NCBI GenBank assembly: GCA_965204755.1
Contig: OZ242011.1
Coordinates: 3,616,001-3,680,000 of the forward strand
Origin: Candidatus Marinacidobacterium sp.
GTDB taxonomy: Bacteria; Acidobacteriota; Vicinamibacteria; Marinacidobacterales; Marinacidobacteraceae
Length of the DNA stretch: 64,000 nucleotides
Direction of reading: 5' to 3'
Shown here piece after piece: positions 28,202 through 38,028 of the stretch; the first letter of the stretch is position 1; the number at the start of each line of letters is the position of its first letter. The notes under the pieces are model-generated. The model made no database searches. It was not told the DNA's origin and saw nothing but the letters and a program-made list of their open reading frames with translations. Both the position numbers and the translations under genes were made by a program.

Positions 28202-29869
28202 ATGGAGCACTCGGAACGCGCCGCCGCCGAACGGCTCGAGGCCCTGCGGCGCGAACTCGCGCCGGTCCGGCGGTCGCTCGACCGGATCGCGGGAGCGGAT
28301 CCCTCCGGCGCGGCCGCTCTGCCGCCTCGCCGGGAGGCGGTGGAGCCGCTGGCCTCCGCCGAGATCGCGGCCCGCGCGGCTGCCGACGCGCGCCGGGAGG
28401 ACTCTTCCTCCCCGGTCGGCTTTCCGGTCGGGGGGACGGCGCCGCCCGGCAGTCTGCCCGGCAGTCTGCCCGGCAGTCTGCCCGGCAGTCTGGTCGAAGC
28501 GCTCGCGCTGGTCCGGGCCCGGGAGGTCTCGCCGGAGGAACTCCGCGCGGACGCGCTCGCGCGGGCGGAGTCGTCCGGGCTCGGCGCGTTCCTCGAGACC
28601 GGGGGCGGCCCGCCGAGGGCCAGGGTCGCGGACGAGCGCGACGGCGCCGTCGCGGACCTGCCGCTGGGCGGTTTGCCCCTGACGCTGAAGGACATCTTCG
28701 ACGCCGCGGGCTGGACGACGACCTCGGGCTCTCGTTTCCCGGTTCGGGCGAAGGCGGACTCGTGGGCCTGGGCGAGGCTCGCCGAGGCCGGGGCGGCGCT
28801 CCTCGGCAAGACGAACCTGAACGAGTGGGCGTTCGGGGTGGACGGGGGGAACCCGCACTTCGGGCCGACGCGGAACCCGCACGACCCGGAGCGGATCGTC
28901 GGCGGCTCGTCCTCCGGGTCGGCGGCCTCGCTCGCCGCCGGGATCGGGTACGGGTCGCTCGGTTCGGACACCGGCGGCTCCATCCGCATCCCGGCGGCGC
29001 TCACCGGGATCTTCGGCCTCAAGCCGACTTGGGGCCGCCTCTCCCGCGCCGGCGTCACGCCGCTCTCCTGGAGTCTCGACCACATCGGCCCGATGGCGCG
29101 GAGCGCCGCGGACCTCGGGCTCCTCTGGTCGGTCCTCTCCGGCGAGTCCGCCTCCGGCGGCGACTCGGCGGCGGGGGCGGTCCCGGACTCGGCGCCGCTC
29201 GCGGGCCTCACCGCCGGAGTCCCGGAGAACTTCTTCTTCGACGATCTCACTCCCGAAGCGCGGGCGGCGGCGGAGCGGGTCGTTCGGGCCCTCGAAGGGA
29301 TCGGCGTCCGCGCGGCGCCGGTCCGCATCCCGGAGATCGAACTCGCCGGGATCTGCCGGACCGTGATCGCCTTCGCGGAGGCGGCGGCCTTCCACCGCCG
29401 CCGCCTCCTCGAGCGCCCCGCGGACTTCGGCGGCGCCGTCCGGATGCTGCTCACCGCCGGCGCCGGGCTCACGGCGGACGAAGTCCTGACCGCGCTCCGG
29501 GGCAGGCGGCTGGTTACGGACGCGGTTTCCCGAGCGTTCGAGGCCGTGGATTTCCTGATCGCGCCCACCACCCCGGCCGGGGCGCCGCGGCTCGGGGAAG
29601 CCGCGCTGGACACCGGCGAAGACCTGCGCGGCGGGCTCATGCGGCTGGTCGGCCCCTTCGACCTCACCGGCCATCCGGCGCTCCAGATCCCCGCCGGGCG
29701 CGACCGGAACGCCATGCCGCTCGGGGCCCAACTCGTGGGGCCGCATGGCGGCGAAGGGATCCTGATCCGGGCGGCGCGGGAACTCGAAGCCGCCGGGGCC
29801 GGGGGTTCGGAGAGCGCGGGGGCGCCGCCGCCCGGTTGCTATATTCCGCCCGATGCTGCTCGAAGGTAA
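28202..29869 (+). CDS. Amidase signature family protein
   Basis: LKD, GKTNLNE, GGSSSGS, GSDTGGSIRIPA. Confidence 0.92.
   Translation: MEHSERAAAERLEALRRELAPVRRSLDRIAGADPSGAAALPPRREAVEPLASAEIAARAAADARREDSSSPVGFPVGGTAPPGSLPGSLPGSLPGSLVEALALVRAREVSPEELRADALARAESSGLGAFLETGGGPPRARVADERDGAVADLPLGGLPLTLKDIFDAAGWTTTSGSRFPVRAKADSWAWARLAEAGAALLGKTNLNEWAFGVDGGNPHFGPTRNPHDPERIVGGSSSGSAASLAAGIGYGSLGSDTGGSIRIPAALTGIFGLKPTWGRLSRAGVTPLSWSLDHIGPMARSAADLGLLWSVLSGESASGGDSAAGAVPDSAPLAGLTAGVPENFFFDDLTPEARAAAERVVRALEGIGVRAAPVRIPEIELAGICRTVIAFAEAAAFHRRRLLERPADFGGAVRMLLTAGAGLTADEVLTALRGRRLVTDAVSRAFEAVDFLIAPTTPAGAPRLGEAALDTGEDLRGGLMRLVGPFDLTGHPALQIPAGRDRNAMPLGAQLVGPHGGEGILIRAARELEAAGAGGSESAGAPPPGCYIPPDAARR
28445..28492 (+). 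repeat. 12-bp perfect tandem repeat x4 (CCCGGCAGTCTG, encoding PGSL)
   Basis: Directly visible; in frame in the amidase N-terminal extension. Confidence 0.9.
29837..29845 (+). promoter_or_regulatory. Extended -10 leaderless promoter of fabI
   Basis: TGcTATATT-7 nt-ATG (29853); no SD. Confidence 0.6.
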
Positions 29870-30647
29870 ACGGGGCCTGATCGTCGGGGTCGCCAACCAC
29901 CGATCCTTCGCTTGGGGCATCGCGCAGTCGGCGGCGAGGGAGGGCGCGCGCCTCGCGCTGAGTTTCCAGAACGAGCGGCTCGGGCGCAATGTCCGGAAGT
30001 TGGCAGCGGAAGTTCCCGGCGCGGTCACCCTGCCGCTCGATGTCGGCGAAGAGGAGCAGATCGAAGCGGCGGTCCGGACGGTCGAGGCCGAACTCGGCGG
30101 GCTCGATTTCCTGGTGCACGCGGTCGCTTACGCGCTGCGCGAAGACCTGACCGGGACTTACCTCGCCACTTCGCGGGACGGGTTCCGCGTCGCGCACGAG
30201 GTTTCCGTCTATTCGCTGACCGCGCTCGCGAACCGGTTCGCCGGACTGCTCGAGGCGGACGGGGGAGGGGCGGTGCTGACCTTGAGTTATCTCGGCGGCG
30301 AGCGCGCGGTGCCTCACTACAATGTGATGGGCGTCGCCAAAGCGTCGCTCGAGTCCTCCGTTCGTTACCTGGCCGGCGATCTCGGGCCGCGCGGCGTCCG
30401 GGTGAACGCGATCTCCGCCGGCCCGGCGCGGACGCTGGCGGCGTCGGGCGTTTCCGGGATCGGCAAGATGGTCGAGCACTACTCGGAGTACGCGCCGCTC
30501 CGCGCCGGCACCGACAAATCGGAAGTGGGGGACGCCGCAGTGTTCCTGCTGTCGCCTTACGCCCGGGGAATCACCGGGGAAGTCCTCCATGTGGACAGCG
30601 GGTTCCACTCGGTCGGCGCGACGATCCCCGGCCTTTCCGCCGACTGA
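29853..30647 (+). CDS. fabI: Enoyl-ACP reductase
   Basis: GVANHRSFAWGIA, YNVMGVAKASLE, RVNAISAGP. Confidence 0.95.
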   Translation: MLLEGKRGLIVGVANHRSFAWGIAQSAAREGARLALSFQNERLGRNVRKLAAEVPGAVTLPLDVGEEEQIEAAVRTVEAELGGLDFLVHAVAYALREDLTGTYLATSRDGFRVAHEVSVYSLTALANRFAGLLEADGGGAVLTLSYLGGERAVPHYNVMGVAKASLESSVRYLAGDLGPRGVRVNAISAGPARTLAASGVSGIGKMVEHYSEYAPLRAGTDKSEVGDAAVFLLSPYARGITGEVLHVDSGFHSVGATIPGLSAD

Positions 30648-30652
30648 GCGCC

Positions 30653-31939
30653 ATGGCGCCCGACCCGACTGCGGCGAGCCGGTCTTCCGGCGGTGGAGCG
30701 AACGGCGGGGAGAACGGCGGGGCGGCGCTGGTCTATGACTGGAACCGCCCGGACCCGGAGTCCGCCTGGCGCCCGCCGAAACCGGTACTGCTGAACGACG
30801 AAACGCTGCGCGACGGCCTGCAGAGTCCGTCGGTCGTTTCCCCGCCGGTGGAGAAGAAGTTGGAAGCCCTCCACCTGATGGAGCGGCTCGGCATCCACGG
30901 CGCCGACATCGGCCTGCCCGGCGCCGGGCCGGCGGTCGAGGCGCAGGTTCTCCGGCTGGCGCGGGAAATCACCGACTGCGGGATGGATATCCGGCCGAAC
31001 TGCGCCGCCCGCACCGTGATCGCGGACATCGAACCGATCGCGCGGATCTCGGAAGCGGTGGGACAACCCATCGAGGCCGCGATGTTCATCGGTTCGAGTC
31101 CGATCCGGCAGTACGCGGAGGATTGGGATCCGGACATCCTCCTGCGGCACACCGAGAAGGCCGTCACCTGGGCCGTGGAACACGGACTCCCGGCGATGTA
31201 TGTGACCGAGGACACGACCCGCGCCCGCCCGGAAACGGTCCGCCGCCTCTACCGCGCGGCCATCGAATCCGGCGCGCGCCGGGTCGTGGTATGCGACACG
31301 GTGGGCCACGCCACCCCGGACGGGGTTACCCGGCTGCTGCGTTTCGTCCGCGAAGTGATCGAGGAGACCGGCGAGGAAGTCCAACTGGATTGGCACGGGC
31401 ACCGGGACCGCGGACTCTCCGTTCCGAACAGCCTCACCGCCATCGAGGCCGGCGCCGACTGCGTCCACGGCACCGCCATCGGGATCGGAGAACGGTGCGG
31501 GAACACGCCGATGGACCAGTTGCTCGTGAACCTGCGCCTGCTGGAGTGGGTGGACAACGACCTGACCTGCCTGCCGGACTACTGCCGGCTGATCGCGGAA
31601 GTCACCGGCGTGCCCATACCCGCCGGGTACCCGGTGGTGGGGCGCGACGCGTTCCGCACCGGCACCGGCGTCCACGCCGCGGCCATCATCAAGGCGTTGG
31701 CCAAGGGTGACGACTGGTTGGCCGACCGGGTGTATTCCGGCGTGCCGGCGGGGGACTACGGGCTCCACCAGCGGGTGGAGGTCGGGCCGATGAGCGGGCT
31801 GTCGAATGTCATCTACTGGCTGCAGCAGCACGGCTACGAACCGACCGACGAACGACAACATCGAGTGTTCCGCGCCGCCAAGGAGGCCGACCGGGTCCTC
31901 ACGGACGCCGAGATCGAATCGGTCCTGGCGGAGGCGTAG
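30653..31939 (+). CDS. LeuA-family Claisen synthase (2-isopropylmalate synthase-like) lacking the regulatory domain
   Basis: DETLRDGLQ, CDTVG, HGHRDRG, GIGERCGN; ends shortly after the catalytic region (428 aa). Confidence 0.88.
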   Translation: MAPDPTAASRSSGGGANGGENGGAALVYDWNRPDPESAWRPPKPVLLNDETLRDGLQSPSVVSPPVEKKLEALHLMERLGIHGADIGLPGAGPAVEAQVLRLAREITDCGMDIRPNCAARTVIADIEPIARISEAVGQPIEAAMFIGSSPIRQYAEDWDPDILLRHTEKAVTWAVEHGLPAMYVTEDTTRARPETVRRLYRAAIESGARRVVVCDTVGHATPDGVTRLLRFVREVIEETGEEVQLDWHGHRDRGLSVPNSLTAIEAGADCVHGTAIGIGERCGNTPMDQLLVNLRLLEWVDNDLTCLPDYCRLIAEVTGVPIPAGYPVVGRDAFRTGTGVHAAAIIKALAKGDDWLADRVYSGVPAGDYGLHQRVEVGPMSGLSNVIYWLQQHGYEPTDERQHRVFRAAKEADRVLTDAEIESVLAEA

Positions 31940-32006
31940 CGGGCGCCCGGGCGGCGGCGGTTCTCGCGTCAGCGGCTCGGCGGGCATCGAAGCGCGGCGG
32001 CGGGAA

Positions 32007-32681
32007 ATGCGGAAAGGGGGCGAATGGCCGCCGGCGGGCACGATGGTGTACCGGATGAGTCGGACGGACTTCGAGGTCCGATGCGACGAGGACTTCTGGA
32101 AGCGGGGTGACTACGACGCGCGGCGAGGTTTGGCGGAAGTCGTGGAGACTCCGCTCCTCGGCCACGAATGGCGCGGCGCGGAGGTGACGGCACTGGTGCT
32201 GCTCGTCTGCGGCGAGCGCGTGGGCCCGACCGGGGCGCTCCGGATCGAGTGGGGCGGCTCGATCCTGGAGCCGGACGAGTCGTTCTACTTCGAACCGTCT
32301 TCGGACCTCGGCTACTCGGACGACGAGAACTGCCGGCCCGAACTCGGGCATCGGCCGCCGGCGCTGGTGGTCGAGATCAATCGAAGTTCGAGTCCGGCCC
32401 GCGCGGCCGAGAAGAGGCGGGACTACTTCGATATGGGCGTTCGCGAAGTCTGGACCTGGCGTCCGAAAGACGGGGCGACGATCTACCGCCGATCCGCGGA
32501 CGGATCACCCTCGGCAACGCCGGAGTCCGCGGTCGTCCGGGGAGTGACGCGGGAGGACCTGGAAAAACTCTGGAGCGATCCCCGGAGCGAGGCGGCGGGT
32601 CGCCGGGCGGCGATCGTTCGCCGGGTCCGGAGACGGCGCGGCGCGGACGACGCGGCGCCGGCGCCATCCGAGGAGTCGTAG
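32007..32681 (+). CDS. Uma2-family putative endonuclease, copy 1
   Basis: GHE, EPDESFY, PALVVEI, YFDMGVREVW; start may be 32007 or 32043. Confidence 0.85.
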   Translation: MRKGGEWPPAGTMVYRMSRTDFEVRCDEDFWKRGDYDARRGLAEVVETPLLGHEWRGAEVTALVLLVCGERVGPTGALRIEWGGSILEPDESFYFEPSSDLGYSDDENCRPELGHRPPALVVEINRSSSPARAAEKRRDYFDMGVREVWTWRPKDGATIYRRSADGSPSATPESAVVRGVTREDLEKLWSDPRSEAAGRRAAIVRRVRRRRGADDAAPAPSEES

Positions 32682-32845
32682 CCACTCTCGACGGGGGCGC
32701 CGAACCTTCGATGGTCCGATCGATCTCCGGGGCGGGCGGCAGACCGGCGCGCAGTGGTTCCAGGCGGTCGCCGGTCAGTGAACGGAGGCCGCCGGCCGCT
32801 GAAGTCGCGCCGCCGGCCGTCGAAGTCGCGCCGCCGGCGGGCACG

Positions 32846-33476
32846 ATGGTGTACCGGATGAGTCGGACGGACTTCGAGGTCCGGTGCGACGAGGACTTTT
32901 GGAAGCGGGGTGACTACGACGCCAGGAGGGGCTTGGCGGAAGTCGTGGAGACGCCGCTTCTCGGCCACGAATGGCGGGCCGCGGAGGCTCAGGAGTTGGT
33001 GTCGGGCCTCTGCGGCGAGCAGGTCGAATTCACCGGGGCGCTCCGGATCGAATGGCAGGGTTCGATCCTCGAACCGGACACCTCGTTCTACTTCGCTCCG
33101 AACCTCGACAGCGGGCACGGCGACGACGAGGTGTGCCGGCCGGAGCGGACACCGCCCGCCCGCGCTGGTCGTCGAAATCAACCGCAGTTCGAATCCGGCG
33201 CGCGCGGCGGAGAAACGGCGGGACTATTTCGACCTGGGTGTCCGGGAGGTCTGGACCTGGCGCCCCCGGGAGGGCGGTTCGATCTACCGCCGAGGCGGCG
33301 GCGGAGAACCGATGACGGCGGAAGAGTCTCCGGTGGTCCCCGGCGTCACCCGCGCGGACTTGGAGGAACTCTGGGCGGCGGCGCGTCCGGGCGAGCGCGC
33401 TCCCCGGCGTCCCGTGATCGTGAGGCGCATCCGGGAACGCCGCTCCCGGCGGGATCGGACTCCGCCGTCTCGGTAG
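32846..33476 (+). pseudogene. Uma2-family endonuclease copy 2, frameshifted near 33146
   Basis: Copy 1 reads CCC GAA CTC GGG CAT; copy 2 reads CCG GAG C-- GGA CAC (2 nt missing). The remainder GHRPPALVVEIN...YFDLGVREVW is in another frame ending at 33476. Confidence 0.8.
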
Positions 33477-33594
33477 AGGCTCGCGGGGCTGCGAGAGTCG
33501 TCTCGGGGCTCACCTGCGGCGACCTCGAAGAATTGCGGGGCGGCGGGAAGCCGGGAGGCAGCCGGAAGGCCCGGGCGCGCCGCCGCCCCCGCGT

Positions 33595-36500
33595 TTATTC
33601 CTCCGGATCCTTCGGCGGTCTCGGGCGGTCGAGCCGGATGGAGACGCCCTCGAAGAAGTCGCTCACATTCCGCTCGATGCGGTGGTCACCGTCGAGCAGG
33701 TACTGGAGGATCGCTTCGTCCCAGGCGAGTCCGGCGGAGGCCACCAGTTCCATCCAGTCGCCGCGCGCCGGTTCGTCCGGGGCTTCGGTGCCGCCGGCCC
33801 AGATCGTGATCTTCGGGTCGTAACTGAAGTTCCGCCCGGGGGAGCCGGCGCGGCGGCCCTTGATGGGCATTTGGATGTTCACGCCGTTGTGGAGATCCAT
33901 CCGGAAGACCTCCGGGTCGAAGTCCATTCCGTAGCGGCGGTACCTCCCGTAGGTGCGTTCGTTCATCTCCCGGACGCTCTCGACCGATTGGATGGCGTTC
34001 GTGATGTATCCGCGGATCGCGAGCGCCGCCTCCCGGTGGCGGGGCAGTTCCGGGTCGTCCACCAGGTCGAAACCGGGCATGAACCAACCCTTGTTGAAAC
34101 CCCAGTTGCGTTCGGTCCTCCGGCCGGCCCGCACCAAGCCGCTGAACTCGCTGAACAGTTGCACGAGTTGGTGCGAGGGATACCCGTGCGGGTTCAGCAC
34201 GATGTCCGGGAGCCACATCCGCCACAGGCGCGGCCGCACCTCGGCCTCCGGGTAGATCGGCATCGGGTCGCCGGCGTCGGAAGTGGCGTCCATGCCGAGC
34301 GAAGCCCAGTAGCCGGCGTGGAGGATGTGTTCCGGGGTCACCTGGTGCATGTCCCACGCGAGTTGCGCGCCGTCCGGGTTCGTCATCGGGTGGATCACCA
34401 CATTCACCCGGTCCAACTTCTTCCGGTGTTCCGGGTCGGTGAGCAGCCGTTCCGCCATCCGCAGCACATGCGAAGTGGAGGACACCTCGTTCGCGTGCTG
34501 GCGCGCCGTGTACACGATGGTCGGCTTCAGCAGGCCGGCCTTGCGCTGCGACCAGTGGCTCGCCCGGATCTCCGGCATCAGGTCCATCGCCCAGATGGGC
34601 CGCCCGAGATAACTGCCGCCCACGAGGTAGGTCGTCACTTCCGGGAACATCGCCTCCATGCGGGCCATGATTCCGCGGGCCTCCGGCGGCGAAATGGGAG
34701 TGTCCCACTGCACCAGCCGTTCGTCGTCCCCGGTCTCGCCCCGGAACGCGGCGATGTCCGGGAACGGCGGCGGATCGCCGTTCGCCGGCAGGGAGACGGC
34801 GCGGACGGCGTCCGGCGCGTGCTCCCAGGTCCAGGAGGCTTCGACCCGGAGTTCGGAAAGACCGGCGAAAGCGAGGGCGTCGCGGTAGAGCCCGGCGGCG
34901 CGGAGTTCGCCCAGGATCCCGATCGCGCGCGCCGCCGCGGCGGCGGAGAGGATGCGTTCGTCGGCGGCGTCTTCGCCGTGGCGTTCGAGGTAGTAGTCCC
35001 GTTCGTCCTCGTCGGTGTCCACCTTGACCCGCAGCGTCAGCGAAGAGAGACCCGGCTCCCCGGCGCGGACGAGCGCGCGTCGGGCGCGCGGACGCTCGAC
35101 TTCCACCTTCGGGAGGTTTCGGCGGATCGTCCCGGTGACGCCGGCTTCCGTTTCGTATTCGACGACGACGGCCGGCCGGCTCGTACGGAATCCGGTGAGA
35201 CGGATGCTCGCCGTACCCGGCGTCCCGTCCGTCTTGGGCCGCATGTCCGGGATGACCCGTCCGGCGTAAGTGAGTTCCGAACCGAGCGAGTTGCGCCCGA
35301 TGAGCCGCAGGAAGGTGTGGGTGACGAAGTAGATGTCTTCGTGGAGGGCTTCGTGGGTGGATTCGATCTCCTGTTCGAGACCGAGCCGCCGCTCAGGTTC
35401 CGAGAGCGAGAGGACGACTTCCAACTCGCCGAAGTAGGGCGCGTCCGCCGCGCCGCGCGGTTTGCCCTCGTGGAGTTCCATGATGTGGTCGTAGAGCCGG
35501 GCGAGGGTGTCCGACTGGAAGTGGTCCCAGAACGACTCCGCGTCCGTGGCGATGCGTTCGTCCACCACGGTCTCGCCGTCCACCCGGGCGGTCAGGCCGC
35601 CGGTGGGGACCTGGATCCATTCGTAGTCGGGATACCGGTCGAGGAAGGGACGCTCCACCATGCGGGGCTCGAAGGTCTCGTTGAAGATCGTTTCGCCGCC
35701 GGCGTCGAGCGCGACCGCCTGGTAGGTCGGCGCGTCCGGTTCGTCGCGCATCTCCCAACCGACCTGGGGCAGGTCGAGCGCGAGCGCTTCGGCGAGCATC
35801 TCGTCCGCGGGGAACATCGCGTGCTGGAAGCGGAGCGGGGTGTGCATCGCCTGCTGCGGCCAACTCTCCGGCGGCTCGTGGCGGCGGAACAGGAGCCGGA
35901 CGGAAGCGGGCGGCGTCCCGGCTTCCCGGAGCGCGGCGAGTTTCGGAAGGACGCTCTCCTCGATCCAGCCGTACCCCTGCCGGTAGGCGGAGGTGATCAC
36001 GACGCTGCCTTCGGCGAGCCGGGCGCCCCGGGCGCCCAGCAGTTCGGCGGTCTCCGCTTCCAGCCGCCGCCGCACTTCCGCGGGTTCGCTGAGGAGCGCG
36101 CGGACTTCGACCCGGTCGCCGTTCGAGACGCGGGGCAGCAGCCTCTCTTCGATCAGCGCGCGGAACGCGGCGACCTCGGAGGGCACCGCGAACTCTTCCT
36201 CGTGGAGGACTGCGGCGTTTTCGACATACCGGTCGTCGAGGACGACTTCGACGGCGCCGAGGCCGAGCGCCTCCGCCTTCTCCTCCAAGTACGCGGCGAG
36301 TCCGGGCGCCGGCTTCTCGAGGGAGACCAGGACCTTCGACCGGGAGATCCCGAGGGGCCCGATCTCCGCCGCGATCCGCTCCAGGCGGTACGCCGCGGAC
36401 GCCGCCTGCGCCGCCGGGCCGCGCCCGGCGAGGAACCGCCAGGCGGCGTCCTCCACCGAAGCCAGCGTAGGCCGATCCTTGCCGCGCTCGTCGAGGTGCG

Positions 36501-37788
36501 GGAAGGACTCCGCCGCCTGCCGGAGCGCCCGCGAAAGGCCGGAGGCGCCGCCGCCGGCGATCACGACCTTCGATCGCCGGCCGCCCGCCCCTTCATCGTC
36601 GCTGCGCGTTTCCGGCCCGGCGACCAGGAAATCTATGACGCCCTCGTCGTCCGCCAGGCCGGAGACCGCGGAAGCGGGGAGCGCCGGGTTCCCCCCGGCG
36701 GCGCCGACGATGACCGCGGTCTTCGCGCCGCCGGCGTCCCCTTCGTCCGCGAGGGCCGACGGGGTCACGGCGGCGGGGAAGTCGAGTCCGGCGGACTCCA
36801 GTCCGAGGCGCGCCGCCAGCGCGAGAACGCCGGCCGGGTCTTCCGCGCTCGCGGCCAACACGGCGTCGAGCCGGTCGGGGATCCGGTCCCCGTTCGCGTC
36901 GCCGAGGATCGCTCCCGGTTCGAAGAACCCCGCCAAACTCGCTTCCCGGTCGAAGCCGCCGCCGGGGCGGGCCGGGATCGGGCCCGGTTCGACGGACGCC
37001 GGCTCGCCGGCGATGCGGGCCTCCGCCTCGCCTCCGGGGTGCGCCGCCGAGATCGTCAACTCGCCGAGTTCGGGGTAGCGAAGCCGGTCGGCGGCGGCCC
37101 GGAGCGCGGAGACGGCGCTCTCCGAGGCGGCCGCGCCGCCGGTTTCGACCCGGAACGCGGCGGAGGCGAGGCGCGTCTCGCCGGCGGCCACTTCCACCGC
37201 CACGGCGAGCGGGGCCCCGCTTTCGACCCCGGCCTCCGTCAGCACCTCTCCGATGCGGTCGGCGAGGTCGGGGAGGGCGGCGCCGCCCGCGCGGAAGACC
37301 AGCGGCGCGCGTCCGGAGAGCCAGCCGGCGGCGGCGCGGAGGCCGGCCTCGTCGCCGCCGCGCACGGTAACGGTCGCCCCGCCCTCGGCGCCGGCTTCGA
37401 GCCGCACCGCGCCTCGGCCGGCGGAGAGCCCGGAGGTCGTCCGGTCGATCCGGATCATCACCGGCGCCTCGGTCGGGAGCGGCAGGTCGAGCGCCATGGT
37501 CTCGAGACCCAGCCGGGCCGCGATGCCGATGCCGGCGGCGACCTCGGACTCGGTCGGGGAGTCCGGGAGGCCGACGGCGGCGCGCAGGCGGTCGGGGAAC
37601 CCGTCGCCGTTCTCGTCGGCGAGCGCGGCGCCGATGCGGTAGAGGGACTCCAGGCCGAAGGCGCCCTCCACCGGCGGGGACTCCTGCGCGGCGCCGAGGG
37701 AAGGGGAGGAGGCGACCGCGACCGCCAGAAGGGCTGCGGGGAGATGTCCGGTCGGAACGAGGCCGGGAGAGGAACGAAAACGACGCAT
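33595..37788 (-). CDS. Very large exported M14-family zinc carboxypeptidase
   Basis: Signal peptide; C-terminal ARQHANEVSST (HxxE), NPDG, LNPHGYP; about 1400 aa. Confidence 0.88.
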   Translation of the reverse strand: MRRFRSSPGLVPTGHLPAALLAVAVASSPSLGAAQESPPVEGAFGLESLYRIGAALADENGDGFPDRLRAAVGLPDSPTESEVAAGIGIAARLGLETMALDLPLPTEAPVMIRIDRTTSGLSAGRGAVRLEAGAEGGATVTVRGGDEAGLRAAAGWLSGRAPLVFRAGGAALPDLADRIGEVLTEAGVESGAPLAVAVEVAAGETRLASAAFRVETGGAAASESAVSALRAAADRLRYPELGELTISAAHPGGEAEARIAGEPASVEPGPIPARPGGGFDREASLAGFFEPGAILGDANGDRIPDRLDAVLAASAEDPAGVLALAARLGLESAGLDFPAAVTPSALADEGDAGGAKTAVIVGAAGGNPALPASAVSGLADDEGVIDFLVAGPETRSDDEGAGGRRSKVVIAGGGASGLSRALRQAAESFPHLDERGKDRPTLASVEDAAWRFLAGRGPAAQAASAAYRLERIAAEIGPLGISRSKVLVSLEKPAPGLAAYLEEKAEALGLGAVEVVLDDRYVENAAVLHEEEFAVPSEVAAFRALIEERLLPRVSNGDRVEVRALLSEPAEVRRRLEAETAELLGARGARLAEGSVVITSAYRQGYGWIEESVLPKLAALREAGTPPASVRLLFRRHEPPESWPQQAMHTPLRFQHAMFPADEMLAEALALDLPQVGWEMRDEPDAPTYQAVALDAGGETIFNETFEPRMVERPFLDRYPDYEWIQVPTGGLTARVDGETVVDERIATDAESFWDHFQSDTLARLYDHIMELHEGKPRGAADAPYFGELEVVLSLSEPERRLGLEQEIESTHEALHEDIYFVTHTFLRLIGRNSLGSELTYAGRVIPDMRPKTDGTPGTASIRLTGFRTSRPAVVVEYETEAGVTGTIRRNLPKVEVERPRARRALVRAGEPGLSSLTLRVKVDTDEDERDYYLERHGEDAADERILSAAAAARAIGILGELRAAGLYRDALAFAGLSELRVEASWTWEHAPDAVRAVSLPANGDPPPFPDIAAFRGETGDDERLVQWDTPISPPEARGIMARMEAMFPEVTTYLVGGSYLGRPIWAMDLMPEIRASHWSQRKAGLLKPTIVYTARQHANEVSSTSHVLRMAERLLTDPEHRKKLDRVNVVIHPMTNPDGAQLAWDMHQVTPEHILHAGYWASLGMDATSDAGDPMPIYPEAEVRPRLWRMWLPDIVLNPHGYPSHQLVQLFSEFSGLVRAGRRTERNWGFNKGWFMPGFDLVDDPELPRHREAALAIRGYITNAIQSVESVREMNERTYGRYRRYGMDFDPEVFRMDLHNGVNIQMPIKGRRAGSPGRNFSYDPKITIWAGGTEAPDEPARGDWMELVASAGLAWDEAILQYLLDGDHRIERNVSDFFEGVSIRLDRPRPPKDPEE

Positions 37789-38028
37789 GGCGGCAACTCC
37801 CATCGTTGGTGTCGGGGCCGGTTCCCGATCCGGGTTCCCGGGCGGGAATCCCGCCGCGCCTCCGGGCCCGGGCCGGGCCGGGGTCGACGCGAATGTCGGA
37901 AGAAACGGATTGTAGGAGCCCGCCCGCGCCGCCTCCGGCGCGGTTTCGTCGAACGCCGCGGCCAGCGTCCCCGACGGGGCCGGGGAGGTCCGGCGAGCGG
38001 GAGCGCCCGGCGGTACGCTCGCGCGGCG

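Noticed and set aside
28445-28492. CRISPR array
   Set aside because: Contiguous 12-bp repeats with no spacers, inside a CDS; no cas genes.
32028-32975. Diversity-generating retroelement TR/VR pair in the Uma2 duplicates
   Set aside because: Mismatches are synonymous and not adenine-specific, and no reverse transcriptase is in the window.
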